From Gemmatimonadaceae bacterium (lineage in GTDB: Bacteria > Gemmatimonadota > Gemmatimonadetes > Gemmatimonadales > Gemmatimonadaceae): a DNA stretch of 64,000 nt. The stretch's first letter is position 1. The number at the start of each line of letters is the position of its first letter. Both the position numbers and the translations under genes were made by a program. The stretch is from positions 96,001 to 160,000 of the forward strand of contig JBGAJQ010000002.1 in NCBI GenBank assembly GCA_044224875.1, read 5' to 3'. Positions 41,523 through 51,234 of the stretch are shown here, piece after piece. The notes below the pieces were generated by a model that had not been told where the DNA came from, made no database searches, and saw nothing but the letters and a program-made list of their open reading frames with translations.

Positions 41523-42146
41523 GCAGTTGATTCTTTGATGGGGAATAGAAGCCAGCGCGCGAGCGCTCGCTCGCGAACCAGCGGGACAACGAAAAAAACG
41601 TTAGGCAGATACGTACTAACTGGAGCCCATGTTCGGGCGCACTCGTGCGCCAAAGGCGCCGCAATGCAAATCCAGGATTCGTGAACTTGAGAAGGGAACC
41701 GTCGTGTTCTACGACACGACACCCACTGCCACCGCATCACACGGACAACTCACGTTTCGGCGATGACGACCTGCAACATCACTGCGACCGTCCGACCCGG
41801 ACATACCCGCCGGAACACAGGCCGGCGTTTGCTTGCTCGAGCGAGGGATCGTCGCTGACCGGGGCGACACACAACGTCGCCGGCGGGTAATACGAGTATC
41901 GCACCGCGCCTCGATTCGCGCAAGCTATCGACGGCTACCCACAAACTACTCCTGAGGGGGTACCCGTCCACCGCGAGCAGTGCTTCATCCTAATAGACCA
42001 ACGGAAGGCGACCGACGCAACATCACCGAGTACCGGGCTGGTCACGCCCGCGTCCAGTTGCGCCGTAGCTCCGTCGACGTTCCACACCTGCCTACCGCCC
42101 TCACAGGCCGGGCGTGCCTGCCCCAAGCGATCACATCCCGTTCGCC

Positions 42147-42836
42147 TTACCGCGTACCGATTCCCTCGAGGGAGCGCGTCACCTCAATCAAACGACGGCT
42201 CAGCTCGATGATGCGACCAATTGCTTGCTGGTGCTCCGGTGCGAGGTTCTCGAGTTGTAGCAGCTGCGCCTCGGCCAGGAGCGCGGCCAGTGGATTGTTG
42301 AGCGAGTGCTGCATTTTCATGGCAATCTCGCCGGCGGCCAACAAACGTTGCGTCTGACGGAGAAGCTTGAGGGAGTTCGCGATTCCAGGCGACGTGAGGG
42401 ACGCCGCATCGAGCCGCGTCGACGTGCGGATGGCCTGAGGCAGATGGGACGGAACGGTGGACATCTTGATGACATGCGTGATGCCCAAGCGGGCCCGCTC
42501 TACCTCGCTGCATCCGTCCGCCTCCTCGTCAGACGCAATGCAGATGGCAGGCGCCTTGAAGCCGCGCGCTCGCAGACTCCGCAACGTCTGCAGGACAGTC
42601 TGGGGGCTCCCGAACGCATCGATCAAGGCGCAGTCGGCGTCCGGCACCGTGCGAACGCTGGAAGGGTCAATCGCCGAGACCGCGGCGCCGGGGATTAGCG
42701 ACGCCACCAGCTGCGTCATCGCGGCGGCCGCCAGTTCGTCCGCGGCGATGCACGTTACCCGCAGTCGGGGTGTGCGATCGTCACCAGATTGACCCGACAG
42801 CGACTGCTCGTCCCGAGGACCGCTGGAATGGGTCAT
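42147..42836 (-). CDS. Receiver-like domain plus HisKA (DHp) domain, no ATPase domain
   Basis: CALIDAF receiver-like core; AGEIAMKMQHSLNNPLAALLAEAQLL H-box; protein ends after the DHp helices. Confidence 0.75.
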   Translation of the reverse strand: MTHSSGPRDEQSLSGQSGDDRTPRLRVTCIAADELAAAAMTQLVASLIPGAAVSAIDPSSVRTVPDADCALIDAFGSPQTVLQTLRSLRARGFKAPAICIASDEEADGCSEVERARLGITHVIKMSTVPSHLPQAIRTSTRLDAASLTSPGIANSLKLLRQTQRLLAAGEIAMKMQHSLNNPLAALLAEAQLLQLENLAPEHQQAIGRIIELSRRLIEVTRSLEGIGTR

Positions 42837-42869
42837 GCGCCCCTCCCGTCGTCTCGATAATTTGCCAGC

Positions 42870-43469
42870 ATGCCCGCTCCAGAGGTCCCCAGCGTCTTTG
42901 CCGAATCGCTTGCGGCGGTGGTACGAAGATACCGATATGCGGGGGACCCTGTCGAACTTACGCATCGGCTGTCGCATCTCGCCAACGCCGCAACACCCGA
43001 CGCCGTGATCGCAGCCGCGGAAGACTATCGCGATGACCCGGATGTGATCGCCCCGCTATACGAGCGGATCGTCGAGGCACAGCCAGGGAACGCCCGGGCG
43101 CTGGTTATCCTCGCCAACGCCTTCTGGTTGCAGGGCCGCGGGCCGGAGACCGTCGGGCAGCTGGCCTCACGGGCCATCGAGTCTGATCCCACCAACCGAG
43201 GCGGGTGGCACCTTTGGGCGCTCTCAGAATCCGACCCACGCGAACGCGTGATCCGCTGGCAGCAGGTGCGTCAGCGATTCGGTGATGACCTGTTGGCCCT
43301 GGCCAACGTCGCGGACAACGCCTCTGCCGTGGCCGGTGCGGAATCGGACTATGACATGTTGGATCTGGCGGTGCAGGCCTATGAGGAGCTGCTTGCGCGA
43401 TCCGAAATCAAGGAACAACGCGACGCCGTCGAAACGGCGCTTCGCGCACTCAAAGGGTGGCGATTCTGA
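42870..43469 (+). CDS. Hypothetical alpha-helical (TPR-like) protein
   Basis: 199-aa ORF with TPR-like pattern (YERIVEAQPGNARALVILANA, AIESDPTN); coding-like composition. Confidence 0.7.
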   Translation: MPAPEVPSVFAESLAAVVRRYRYAGDPVELTHRLSHLANAATPDAVIAAAEDYRDDPDVIAPLYERIVEAQPGNARALVILANAFWLQGRGPETVGQLASRAIESDPTNRGGWHLWALSESDPRERVIRWQQVRQRFGDDLLALANVADNASAVAGAESDYDMLDLAVQAYEELLARSEIKEQRDAVETALRALKGWRF

Positions 43470-43849
43470 CACACGATCATGACGGTTCGCCGGGCTCTCT
43501 TGCTGAATTCCGTGCGTTTCGCGAGCAGATGAACACCACGATCCTGGCAGAGAACAACCTGGTGGTGAATCGGTTCTTCGCACTCGACGGTCGCGCGTAC
43601 GAAGGCGGCGCGCTCGATGTGAAGACCAAAGAGTTGCTCGGTCTCGTGGCCTCCCTGGTGCTTCGCTGCGACGATTGCGTGACCTACCACGTGGTGCGCT
43701 GTGCGGAGGAGAAGGTCACCCGGGCGGAATTGTTCGAGACGCTGTCGATCGGGCTGATCGTCGGCGGGTCCATCACGATCCCACACCTGCGCCGCGCGGT
43801 GGCGCGTTGGGATGAACTCACGGTTGAGCAGAGCGACGGAAGTAGATGA
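43457..43849 (+). CDS. Carboxymuconolactone decarboxylase / AhpD family protein
   Basis: GALDVKTKELLGLVAS, RCDDCVTYH, VGGSITIPH. Confidence 0.9.
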   Translation: MAILTHDHDGSPGSLAEFRAFREQMNTTILAENNLVVNRFFALDGRAYEGGALDVKTKELLGLVASLVLRCDDCVTYHVVRCAEEKVTRAELFETLSIGLIVGGSITIPHLRRAVARWDELTVEQSDGSR

Positions 43850-44025
43850 GACGAGGGTGACGGAGGGGCCAGGATAACGCGGGTAGGTCGGCGCTTGATG
43901 GGGACACGGGGTGCTCGAGGCCCTCGCAATGTCCCGATTCGCTGGCGTTCAATTGCCGCTTTTTCGGTGGTCGAAACCCTTGGGGCCGTCGGACGTATCT
44001 AACTCCACGACCTCCCCTCACGGAC

Positions 44026-46203
44026 ATGCCGAACCGAGTCTCCGGTCGCTGGTGCCGTTTTCGTGCCGGCCTGCGCGCGTTACCCGCTGAAACCGCGCGC
44101 CAATGGATGCGCCGTCACCGCGCGTTGTCCGGCCTCGCAGTGCTCGGCCTGCTGGGGCTCGCCAGCTTCGACGCATGGGTGGCGACGTGTGGGTTCGAGG
44201 GCTGTCCAACCGACGCGGAGATCAAGGCCTACCAACCGAGTGAAGGGGAGCGGGTGTACGACCGCGGTGGCAAGTTGATCGGCCGCCTGACGAGTGTGCG
44301 CCGGAGCAACGTGTCCCTGAGCAAGGTACCGTCGCACGTGCGGCAAGCATTCGTGGCGACAGAGGATCGGCGTTTCTTTGCCCACCATGGGGTGGACTGG
44401 TACGGCGCTGGCCGGGCGGTCGTGCGAAACGTGAGCGCCATGGGTGTGCGCGAGGGATTCAGCACGATCACGATGCAACTGGCACGGAATTCCTTCCTCG
44501 CGCACCGCGTGCGCGGGGATCGTTCGTTGGCCCGAAAGATCCTCGAATTGCGCCTGGCCCGATTGCTCGAGTTGAACCTCACCAAGGACCAGATTCTCGA
44601 ACGGTACCTGAACGCCATTTACCTCGGTAATGGCGTATACGGCGTGGATGGAGCAAGTCGGGACCTGTTCGGCAAGCGCGTGTCGCAACTGACGGTTGCG
44701 GAGGGAGCGATGCTGGCGGCGCTTCCCAAGGGGCCGTCGGCGTACACGCCCAAGAGCAACCCCGAGCGCGGCAGGGAGCGTCGCGACCTGGTGCTCACCC
44801 TCATGCGCCGTGAGGGGTACCTGGACGATGACGCGCTGAACGAGGCGCGCGACGAACCATTGGACATCGCCGCGGACGATTGGTTTCCGCCGGCAACCAA
44901 CGAGTCGTACGCCTTGGACGCGGTGCGGGCGCAGGTGGATACGATCCTTCGCACGCTCGGTCTCGCCGGAACCGACGTACGGGTACACACGACGTTGGAT
45001 CTGACGGCTCAGCGCGCTGCCGAGCGGGCGGTGCGGAGCCGAGCGGCCGCGATCGAGCAGGATCTCACCGGCGACTATTGGGAGAGTGGCGACGGTGAAG
45101 CTGGCGGACGCAGCGGTGGGCTGGAGGGGGCGATGGTTGCCGTGGATCCGCGCACGGGCGATATCCGGGCGCTGGTTGGGGGTCGCACGTATCGCCGCGG
45201 GGCGTTTAACCGCGCCACCATGGCGCGACGCCAGCCGGGATCTGCCTTCAAGCCATTCGTCTACGCGGCTGCGCTCGCCATCGGGATGACGCCAGCGTCC
45301 ATGGTCGACGACGAACCGGTCGAGGTTCGCACCGGTCGTCAGGTATGGGCGCCAGCGAACTACGGCGACGAGTATCAGGGTCGGGTTACCCTACGAAAGG
45401 CGCTGATGCACTCATCGAATGCGGCCACCGTTCGCGTGAGCCGAAGCGTGGGCGAACGGCGCGTGATCGATGTGGCCCATCGTTCGGGCATTCACTCACC
45501 CATTTCGGCGGTGCCGGCGGTTGCGTTAGGTGCGTTGGAAGTCACACCACTCGAGTTGGTGACGGCCTACGCGCCCTTTGCCAATGGCGGGTTCCGCGTC
45601 ACGCCTCGCTTGGTGCGCCGCATCGAGGGGGTCGACGGACGCGTGATCTGGACGAGCCACGTGGAGCGTGACTCGGTGATGGACGCCCGTGATGCCTACC
45701 AGCTGACGTCCATGCTGCGATCGGTCGTCGACCACGGTACGGGGCACGCCGTGCGGGGATATGGAGTGACGGGCCCAGTGGCGGGGAAGACCGGCACCAC
45801 GAACGATGGGCAGGACGTATGGTTCGTCGGCTACACCCCGACCTTGGTGGCTGGGTTCTGGTTCGGGTATGACACGCCACGATCGTTAGGCTCCGACGCG
45901 TCCGGTGGACGATTGGCGGCGCCGGCATGGGCTGAGTTCGTCCGTGACGGGTGGCGTGAGCACGCCAGCGAACGTGCCTGGGCCGCCCCATCGGGGATGG
46001 TGATGGCCGAGATTGACTCTGAGACGGGGGAGCTGGCGGGGGAGTGGTGTCCACACCGCCAGCGCGAGTGGTTCAAGCCGGGAACGGAACCCACGCAGCC
46101 GTGCCGCGAGCACGCCGATGGGGCGGACCACGAGTGGCGCCTGGACGAACGGGAACTCGATGCGCGCGTGCGCACGCTGTTGAAGCGCCTGTTGCGGTGG
46201 TAG
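44026..46203 (+). CDS. Class A penicillin-binding protein (PBP1A family)
   Basis: Transglycosylase EDRRFF.H.GVD, GFSTITMQLARN, RKILE, YLN.IY.G; transpeptidase SAFK, SSN, KTG. Confidence 0.95.
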   Translation: MPNRVSGRWCRFRAGLRALPAETARQWMRRHRALSGLAVLGLLGLASFDAWVATCGFEGCPTDAEIKAYQPSEGERVYDRGGKLIGRLTSVRRSNVSLSKVPSHVRQAFVATEDRRFFAHHGVDWYGAGRAVVRNVSAMGVREGFSTITMQLARNSFLAHRVRGDRSLARKILELRLARLLELNLTKDQILERYLNAIYLGNGVYGVDGASRDLFGKRVSQLTVAEGAMLAALPKGPSAYTPKSNPERGRERRDLVLTLMRREGYLDDDALNEARDEPLDIAADDWFPPATNESYALDAVRAQVDTILRTLGLAGTDVRVHTTLDLTAQRAAERAVRSRAAAIEQDLTGDYWESGDGEAGGRSGGLEGAMVAVDPRTGDIRALVGGRTYRRGAFNRATMARRQPGSAFKPFVYAAALAIGMTPASMVDDEPVEVRTGRQVWAPANYGDEYQGRVTLRKALMHSSNAATVRVSRSVGERRVIDVAHRSGIHSPISAVPAVALGALEVTPLELVTAYAPFANGGFRVTPRLVRRIEGVDGRVIWTSHVERDSVMDARDAYQLTSMLRSVVDHGTGHAVRGYGVTGPVAGKTGTTNDGQDVWFVGYTPTLVAGFWFGYDTPRSLGSDASGGRLAAPAWAEFVRDGWREHASERAWAAPSGMVMAEIDSETGELAGEWCPHRQREWFKPGTEPTQPCREHADGADHEWRLDERELDARVRTLLKRLLRW

Positions 46204-46315
46204 CGTTAGGTCGCCGGTTCGGGCCGGACGCCGTTGAAGAATGCGCAGGAGCAGCACTCACATCGACACACCGCTTCCATAGCCGCAGGCTTCACCCTCA
46301 GCGGACCAACCCAGC

Positions 46316-47275
46316 GTGCCCCGTATCCAAGTTGCCCAGATCGAACGCGCGTACACCGCCATCGACCCTGCCTTTCTGCACTCTCCTCAGCTGGAATCGG
46401 GACCGCTCGGGGCATACTGCGACGCGCACATCATCCTGAAGGATGAGACGCAGAATCCGATTCGCTCCTTCAAGGGCCGTGGGGCGGACTTCTTTGTCCA
46501 CGAGTTGCCGGCGCGGCCGGCGCGCCTGGTCTGCGCATCCGCGGGAAATTTTGGGCAGGGGCTGGCGTACGCCTCAGTCAGGCGCGGGATCGCCTGCGAC
46601 GTGTTTGCGGCGCTCACCGCGAATCCGCTCAAGATCGAGCGAATGCGCGCCCTGGGCGCGACGGTGAAGCTGGCGGGTGACGATTTCGATGCCGCAAAAG
46701 ATGCCGCACGCGCCTATGCCTCGGCCGCTGGGGTGCCCTTCGTTGAGGACGGGCGAGACGTCAGCATCAGTGAAGGAGCGGGTACACTTGGCATCGAGCT
46801 CCTGAGCGGACCCGTGCGGCCCGATATCATCGTCATTCCGTTGGGCAATGGCGCCTTACTCGGCGGCGTCGCCACATATGTCAAACACATGTCTCCATCC
46901 ATTCGCGTCATCGGCGTGTGTGCTGCCGGGGCCAGCGCCATGGAGCAGTCATGGCGACGGAAGACCATGATTACGACGCCAGACGCCCGCACGATCGCCG
47001 ATGGGATCGCGGTCCGCGTGCCAATTCAAGAGGCCCTCGACGACCTTCGCGACGTGGTCGACGACATTGTGCTCGTCTCGGACGATGAGATCCTATCCGG
47101 CATGCACTTCATGCACTTCATGTTCCGTGAGCACGAGCAGATGCTCGAACCGGCGGGGGCGGTGGGTGTTGCGGCGCTCATGGCGCGCCGGAAGGACTTC
47201 AAGGGAGCGACCGTTGCCACCGTGCTCTGCGGGGCCAACGTCACGCCGGAGCAGATGCGACGCTGGTTTGCCTGA
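46316..47275 (+). CDS. PLP-dependent threonine/serine dehydratase family protein
   Basis: KDE..NPIRSFKGRG, SAGNFGQG, PLGNGAL, TIADGIAVR, EPAGA, LCGAN. Confidence 0.9.
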   Translation: MPRIQVAQIERAYTAIDPAFLHSPQLESGPLGAYCDAHIILKDETQNPIRSFKGRGADFFVHELPARPARLVCASAGNFGQGLAYASVRRGIACDVFAALTANPLKIERMRALGATVKLAGDDFDAAKDAARAYASAAGVPFVEDGRDVSISEGAGTLGIELLSGPVRPDIIVIPLGNGALLGGVATYVKHMSPSIRVIGVCAAGASAMEQSWRRKTMITTPDARTIADGIAVRVPIQEALDDLRDVVDDIVLVSDDEILSGMHFMHFMFREHEQMLEPAGAVGVAALMARRKDFKGATVATVLCGANVTPEQMRRWFA

Positions 47276-47387
47276 CCCTGTCGCCACACACGTAGTTGTG
47301 AAGGGTTGGTAAAAAGAGGGGGGATGACGAAACCAAATCCGCGAATGCTCTGTCCAATCGCCACCTCGCTGCAAAAAGGACAGAGCC

Positions 47388-49937
47388 GTGATTCTTGCCG
47401 CCATGACATTCGGGTCGCTCGCATTGATGTGGCCCCAGCAGTCTTCGAAGCCTGATTCCACGCCCGTCGTCAGTTCAGCTACAGCGGTCCGAGTGGCGCA
47501 CACGCCGGTGATTGATGGTCGAGGTGACGAGGGGGTGTGGACCACGGCGCCGCGCTACTCGGGCTTCCTGATGTTCCAACCGAAGGTGGACTCCGCCCCG
47601 CGGTTCAAGACCGAGTTTCAGGCGGCATACGACGAAAAGAACCTGTACGTGTTCGTCCGGATGTTTGACCCGCACCCCGACAGCATCATGCACGCGCTCA
47701 CACGACGCGACGTGCGCGGGCCGTCCGACCAGATCAAGATCCTGGTGGACTCCTACAACGACAAGCGCACCGGGTACGAGTTTGCGGTGAACCCGGATGG
47801 GGTCAAGCGTGACTACGCCATCTCCAATGACGGCAACGAGGATGAGTCGTGGAACGGCATTTGGGACGTTGGCACCGCGGTTGATTCGTTAGGATGGACA
47901 GCCGAATTCCGGATACCGCTATCGCAGCTGCGGTACGCTGGGCGCGAGGATCATGTGTTCGGGTTTGGCGTGTGGCGCGACCTCGAGAGGTACAACGAGC
48001 GCTTTGCGTGGCCTCCGTATTCTCCCACGCGCAACGGACTGGCCTCGCAGCTGGGGAGCCTCACTGGGCTCGCCGGCATCACCAACGCCAGGCGCCTGGA
48101 GATCACGCCGTACGCCGTTACGAAGAACGTGCAGCGTACACTCCCCAATGCCCGCTTCGGTCGCGACGGTCAGGTAACGATCGGCGGAGACCTCAAGTTC
48201 GGCATCACGCCGAACATCACGCTCGACGCGACCGTCAACCCCGACTTCGGCCAGGTTGAGGCCGATCCCGCAGTCGTGAACCTGACGGCCTTCGAGACGT
48301 TCTTCGAAGAGCGGCGACCGTTCTTTGTGGAAGGCACGGGGCTCTACCAGTTCCAGCTCAACTGCTACATCGTCGTGGACTGCCAAACCAACGAGGGTCT
48401 GTTCTATTCGCGTCGTATCGGGCGGTCGCCGTCGTTAGGCGGACTGTACGGGGACGAATCCACACCGAACGCCACGCCGATCGCTGGTGCCACCAAGCTC
48501 ACCGGTCGCACGCGATCGGGCCTGTCATTCGGGTTGCTCGACGCCGTGACGCCTCGTGTGCAGGGTGGGCAGGATCGTACGGTAGAGCCGGGGACGAACT
48601 ACGCCGTACTCAGCGCCCAACAGGACCTGCGCGGAGGCGAAGCCGGTGTCAGCGTGCTGGCCACGGCGGTTAACCGTTCGCTCGACCAGGTGACGAGGCC
48701 GTATCTCCACCACGATGCCTACGCCGCAGGAACGTCGTTCCGCAATCGCTTCCACCAAGGTCAGTACGAGCTGTCGGGCCAACTGACGGCGTCCAGAATC
48801 AGCGGCTCCCGCGACGTCATCTACCGGACCCAGACGAATGGGGTGCACTACTACCAGCAGCCGGGCGACGACCTCGCGGTCGACTCCAACCGCACCTCAC
48901 TCTTTGGGCACGCTGAGCAGTTGAAGTTCGGGAAGTACGGCGGCGGCATCACCCGCTTTGAAACCAGCGTGGTCCGGCAGTCGGCGGGCTTCGACGTGAA
49001 CGACATCGGCTACCTGCGCCGAGCGGACATCCTGGATTGGAGCACCTGGGCGGCGCTGTCGTTTCGCACGGCGCGCGGCATTTACCGATGGGCGCAGCTG
49101 AACGGCAACCACTGGGAGCACTGGAACACGTCCGGTACGCGCCTCGAAAACGCCGTGAACTTCAACGGCCACATGGGGCTCAACAACAACTGGGATGTTC
49201 ACCTGGGGAGTACATTCGCTGGTCTGACGGAGAGCTACTGCGATCGGTGCACGCGTGGTGGCCCCCTGCTGCGCGACTCGCGAGGCATCTATCCGTGGGG
49301 CGGCATCAACACCGACAGCCGCAAGCGAGTCTCGGGCGGCATGTGGGTGAACCTGCGCTACACGGACGAGGGCAAGACGACCGGGACCTCGCTCAGCCCC
49401 TACGTAACGTTTCGGCTGTCGCCACGCGTGCAAGCCAATGTGGGTGCCGGTGTCTCCAACGATCACAACAATACGCAATGGTTCGGAAACTTCACCGACC
49501 TGACCGGAGACACGCACTACGCGTTCGCGCACCTGCACCAGCGCACGGTGTCCATGAGCACGCGCATCAACTACACGATGACACCGACGCTCACCTTCGA
49601 GTTTTACGGTCAGCCGTTCGTGGCCACTGGCACCTACTCGGATGTGCGCGAGATCAGTGCAACACCCGATGCGGCAAAGTACGCCGACCGCTTCCGGGCA
49701 TACACGCCGCCTGACGGTTCAGAGCTGGAATTTCGATACCGTCAGCTACGAACGAACGCCGTCGTTCGATGGGAATACCGTCCGGGTTCAACGCTTTTCC
49801 TGGTGTGGGCACACGGTCGTGAGGACTACGCCAACGAGCATCCCGAGCAGTCCTGGATGCGCGACTATCGCGAGATCTTCAAGCTGCACCCGGACAACAC
49901 ATTCCTGATCAAGGCGGCCTACTGGTTGAATCGTTAG
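47388..49937 (+). CDS. CBM9-like / DUF5916 outer-membrane protein (second paralog)
   Basis: PVIDGR.DE..W, FAVNPDGVKRD, WTAEFRIP, NPDFGQVEADP, EERRPFF.EG, FYSRRIG, RWEYRPGST, K..YW. Confidence 0.87.
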   Translation: MILAAMTFGSLALMWPQQSSKPDSTPVVSSATAVRVAHTPVIDGRGDEGVWTTAPRYSGFLMFQPKVDSAPRFKTEFQAAYDEKNLYVFVRMFDPHPDSIMHALTRRDVRGPSDQIKILVDSYNDKRTGYEFAVNPDGVKRDYAISNDGNEDESWNGIWDVGTAVDSLGWTAEFRIPLSQLRYAGREDHVFGFGVWRDLERYNERFAWPPYSPTRNGLASQLGSLTGLAGITNARRLEITPYAVTKNVQRTLPNARFGRDGQVTIGGDLKFGITPNITLDATVNPDFGQVEADPAVVNLTAFETFFEERRPFFVEGTGLYQFQLNCYIVVDCQTNEGLFYSRRIGRSPSLGGLYGDESTPNATPIAGATKLTGRTRSGLSFGLLDAVTPRVQGGQDRTVEPGTNYAVLSAQQDLRGGEAGVSVLATAVNRSLDQVTRPYLHHDAYAAGTSFRNRFHQGQYELSGQLTASRISGSRDVIYRTQTNGVHYYQQPGDDLAVDSNRTSLFGHAEQLKFGKYGGGITRFETSVVRQSAGFDVNDIGYLRRADILDWSTWAALSFRTARGIYRWAQLNGNHWEHWNTSGTRLENAVNFNGHMGLNNNWDVHLGSTFAGLTESYCDRCTRGGPLLRDSRGIYPWGGINTDSRKRVSGGMWVNLRYTDEGKTTGTSLSPYVTFRLSPRVQANVGAGVSNDHNNTQWFGNFTDLTGDTHYAFAHLHQRTVSMSTRINYTMTPTLTFEFYGQPFVATGTYSDVREISATPDAAKYADRFRAYTPPDGSELEFRYRQLRTNAVVRWEYRPGSTLFLVWAHGREDYANEHPEQSWMRDYREIFKLHPDNTFLIKAAYWLNR

Positions 49938-49943
49938 GCGGTC

Positions 49944-51206
49944 CTACAGCAGTCCCAACCAACTGGCGCGATCGCCCGCGAAACCCGGGAAGATCGCGTC
50001 AGTGCGTTCCGCCCCCATATGGCGTGACACGATTTCGCTGAAGACGGATCGGAAGTCGGTGGTGAGCGCGAGGTCTCGCCCCTCGTACAGCTGTTCCCGC
50101 TCCAGGCCCGGCCACTTCCCGTGCACCCGCGCGCCATGCACGGCGCCGCCGATCACGAACATGGAGCCGGCATGACCGTGGTCCGTGCCGCCAGTTCCAT
50201 TCTGGCGCGCCATTCGACCGAACTCGGACATGGTGACGATCACCACGTCCTGCATGCGATCGCCAAGGTCGGTGACGAAGGCGGCGATGGACCGGGCGAA
50301 GTCATCGAGCCGATTCGCCATGAGACCGTTGACTGCACCCTGATTCACGTGGGTGTCCCAACCGCCCACGTCGGCGAACGCCACTTGCAGCCCAAGATTT
50401 GCCTTGATCAGCTGCGCGATCTCCCGCAGGCGCTGGCCTAATGTGCCACGAGGGTACTCGGCGCCGCGTTCCGTGGTGTAGCGTGCGGGGTTGGCGGCTC
50501 GAAGCATCTTCACCGCCTCGAACATGTCGCGTCCTGCGCCGTGCACGAGGTCCACTTCACCGGTGCGGTATAGCGCTTCCAGCTGGCTGGCGGATGCGTC
50601 AGGGGCCCGTACGGTGAATTCGCCTAACGAACTCATGGCCACCACCGCTTCCGGTCCTTCGAGGACGCGGGGGGTCTGAGGGGTCATGGACACGGCCCGG
50701 AATGGCGACGGGGGCGTAGTTGCGCAGGCCTCACAGGTCCCACGAACCGCGAGCAATCGGTTCAACCAACCATCCCTCGTCGCCTTCACGTCCGGCGTAC
50801 CCGACTCCATGTAGTCCTGCGCGTCGAAATGCGAGCGGGTGCTGCTTGGGCTTCCCACGGCATGGATGGGTGCCAGCATTCCCTGTCGATAGAGCGGAGC
50901 CAAGGCACCAAGCGATGGATGCAGGCCGAAGAACCCGTCGAGGTCGATGGCCGCTGCGCCGTCGCGGCCCTTGCCGGGAGTGGGTATGGCCAGATTGGGC
51001 CGCAGGTCGTAGTACGCGCGCTCGCCAAACGGGACGAGCATGTTCAGTGCGTCCGCCGCACCTCGCTGGAAGAGGCACACCAGGATCTTGCCCTCACGCG
51101 ACGGCGGCAGCTCGGCGGCGAAGGCCGTTCGTCGCAGGAACGACGGGCTCAGACCCATCGTCACCAGCGTGAGCGCGCTGTTGCGCAAGAAGGCTCGTCG
51201 TTGCAT
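49944..51206 (-). CDS. DUF1501 family protein, Tat-exported
   Basis: MQRRAFL Tat motif; FQRGAADALN, RSHFDAQ, GWDTH, SEFGR, GTDHG. Confidence 0.9.
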   Translation of the reverse strand: MQRRAFLRNSALTLVTMGLSPSFLRRTAFAAELPPSREGKILVCLFQRGAADALNMLVPFGERAYYDLRPNLAIPTPGKGRDGAAAIDLDGFFGLHPSLGALAPLYRQGMLAPIHAVGSPSSTRSHFDAQDYMESGTPDVKATRDGWLNRLLAVRGTCEACATTPPSPFRAVSMTPQTPRVLEGPEAVVAMSSLGEFTVRAPDASASQLEALYRTGEVDLVHGAGRDMFEAVKMLRAANPARYTTERGAEYPRGTLGQRLREIAQLIKANLGLQVAFADVGGWDTHVNQGAVNGLMANRLDDFARSIAAFVTDLGDRMQDVVIVTMSEFGRMARQNGTGGTDHGHAGSMFVIGGAVHGARVHGKWPGLEREQLYEGRDLALTTDFRSVFSEIVSRHMGAERTDAIFPGFAGDRASWLGLL

Positions 51207-51234
51207 CGGATACTCCGTCGCTGTGATGGTGGGG

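Noticed and set aside
41750..42126. Short ORFs 41750-41971 and 41935-42126 upstream of rho
   Set aside because: No clear RBS, motif or coding-like composition; left unannotated.
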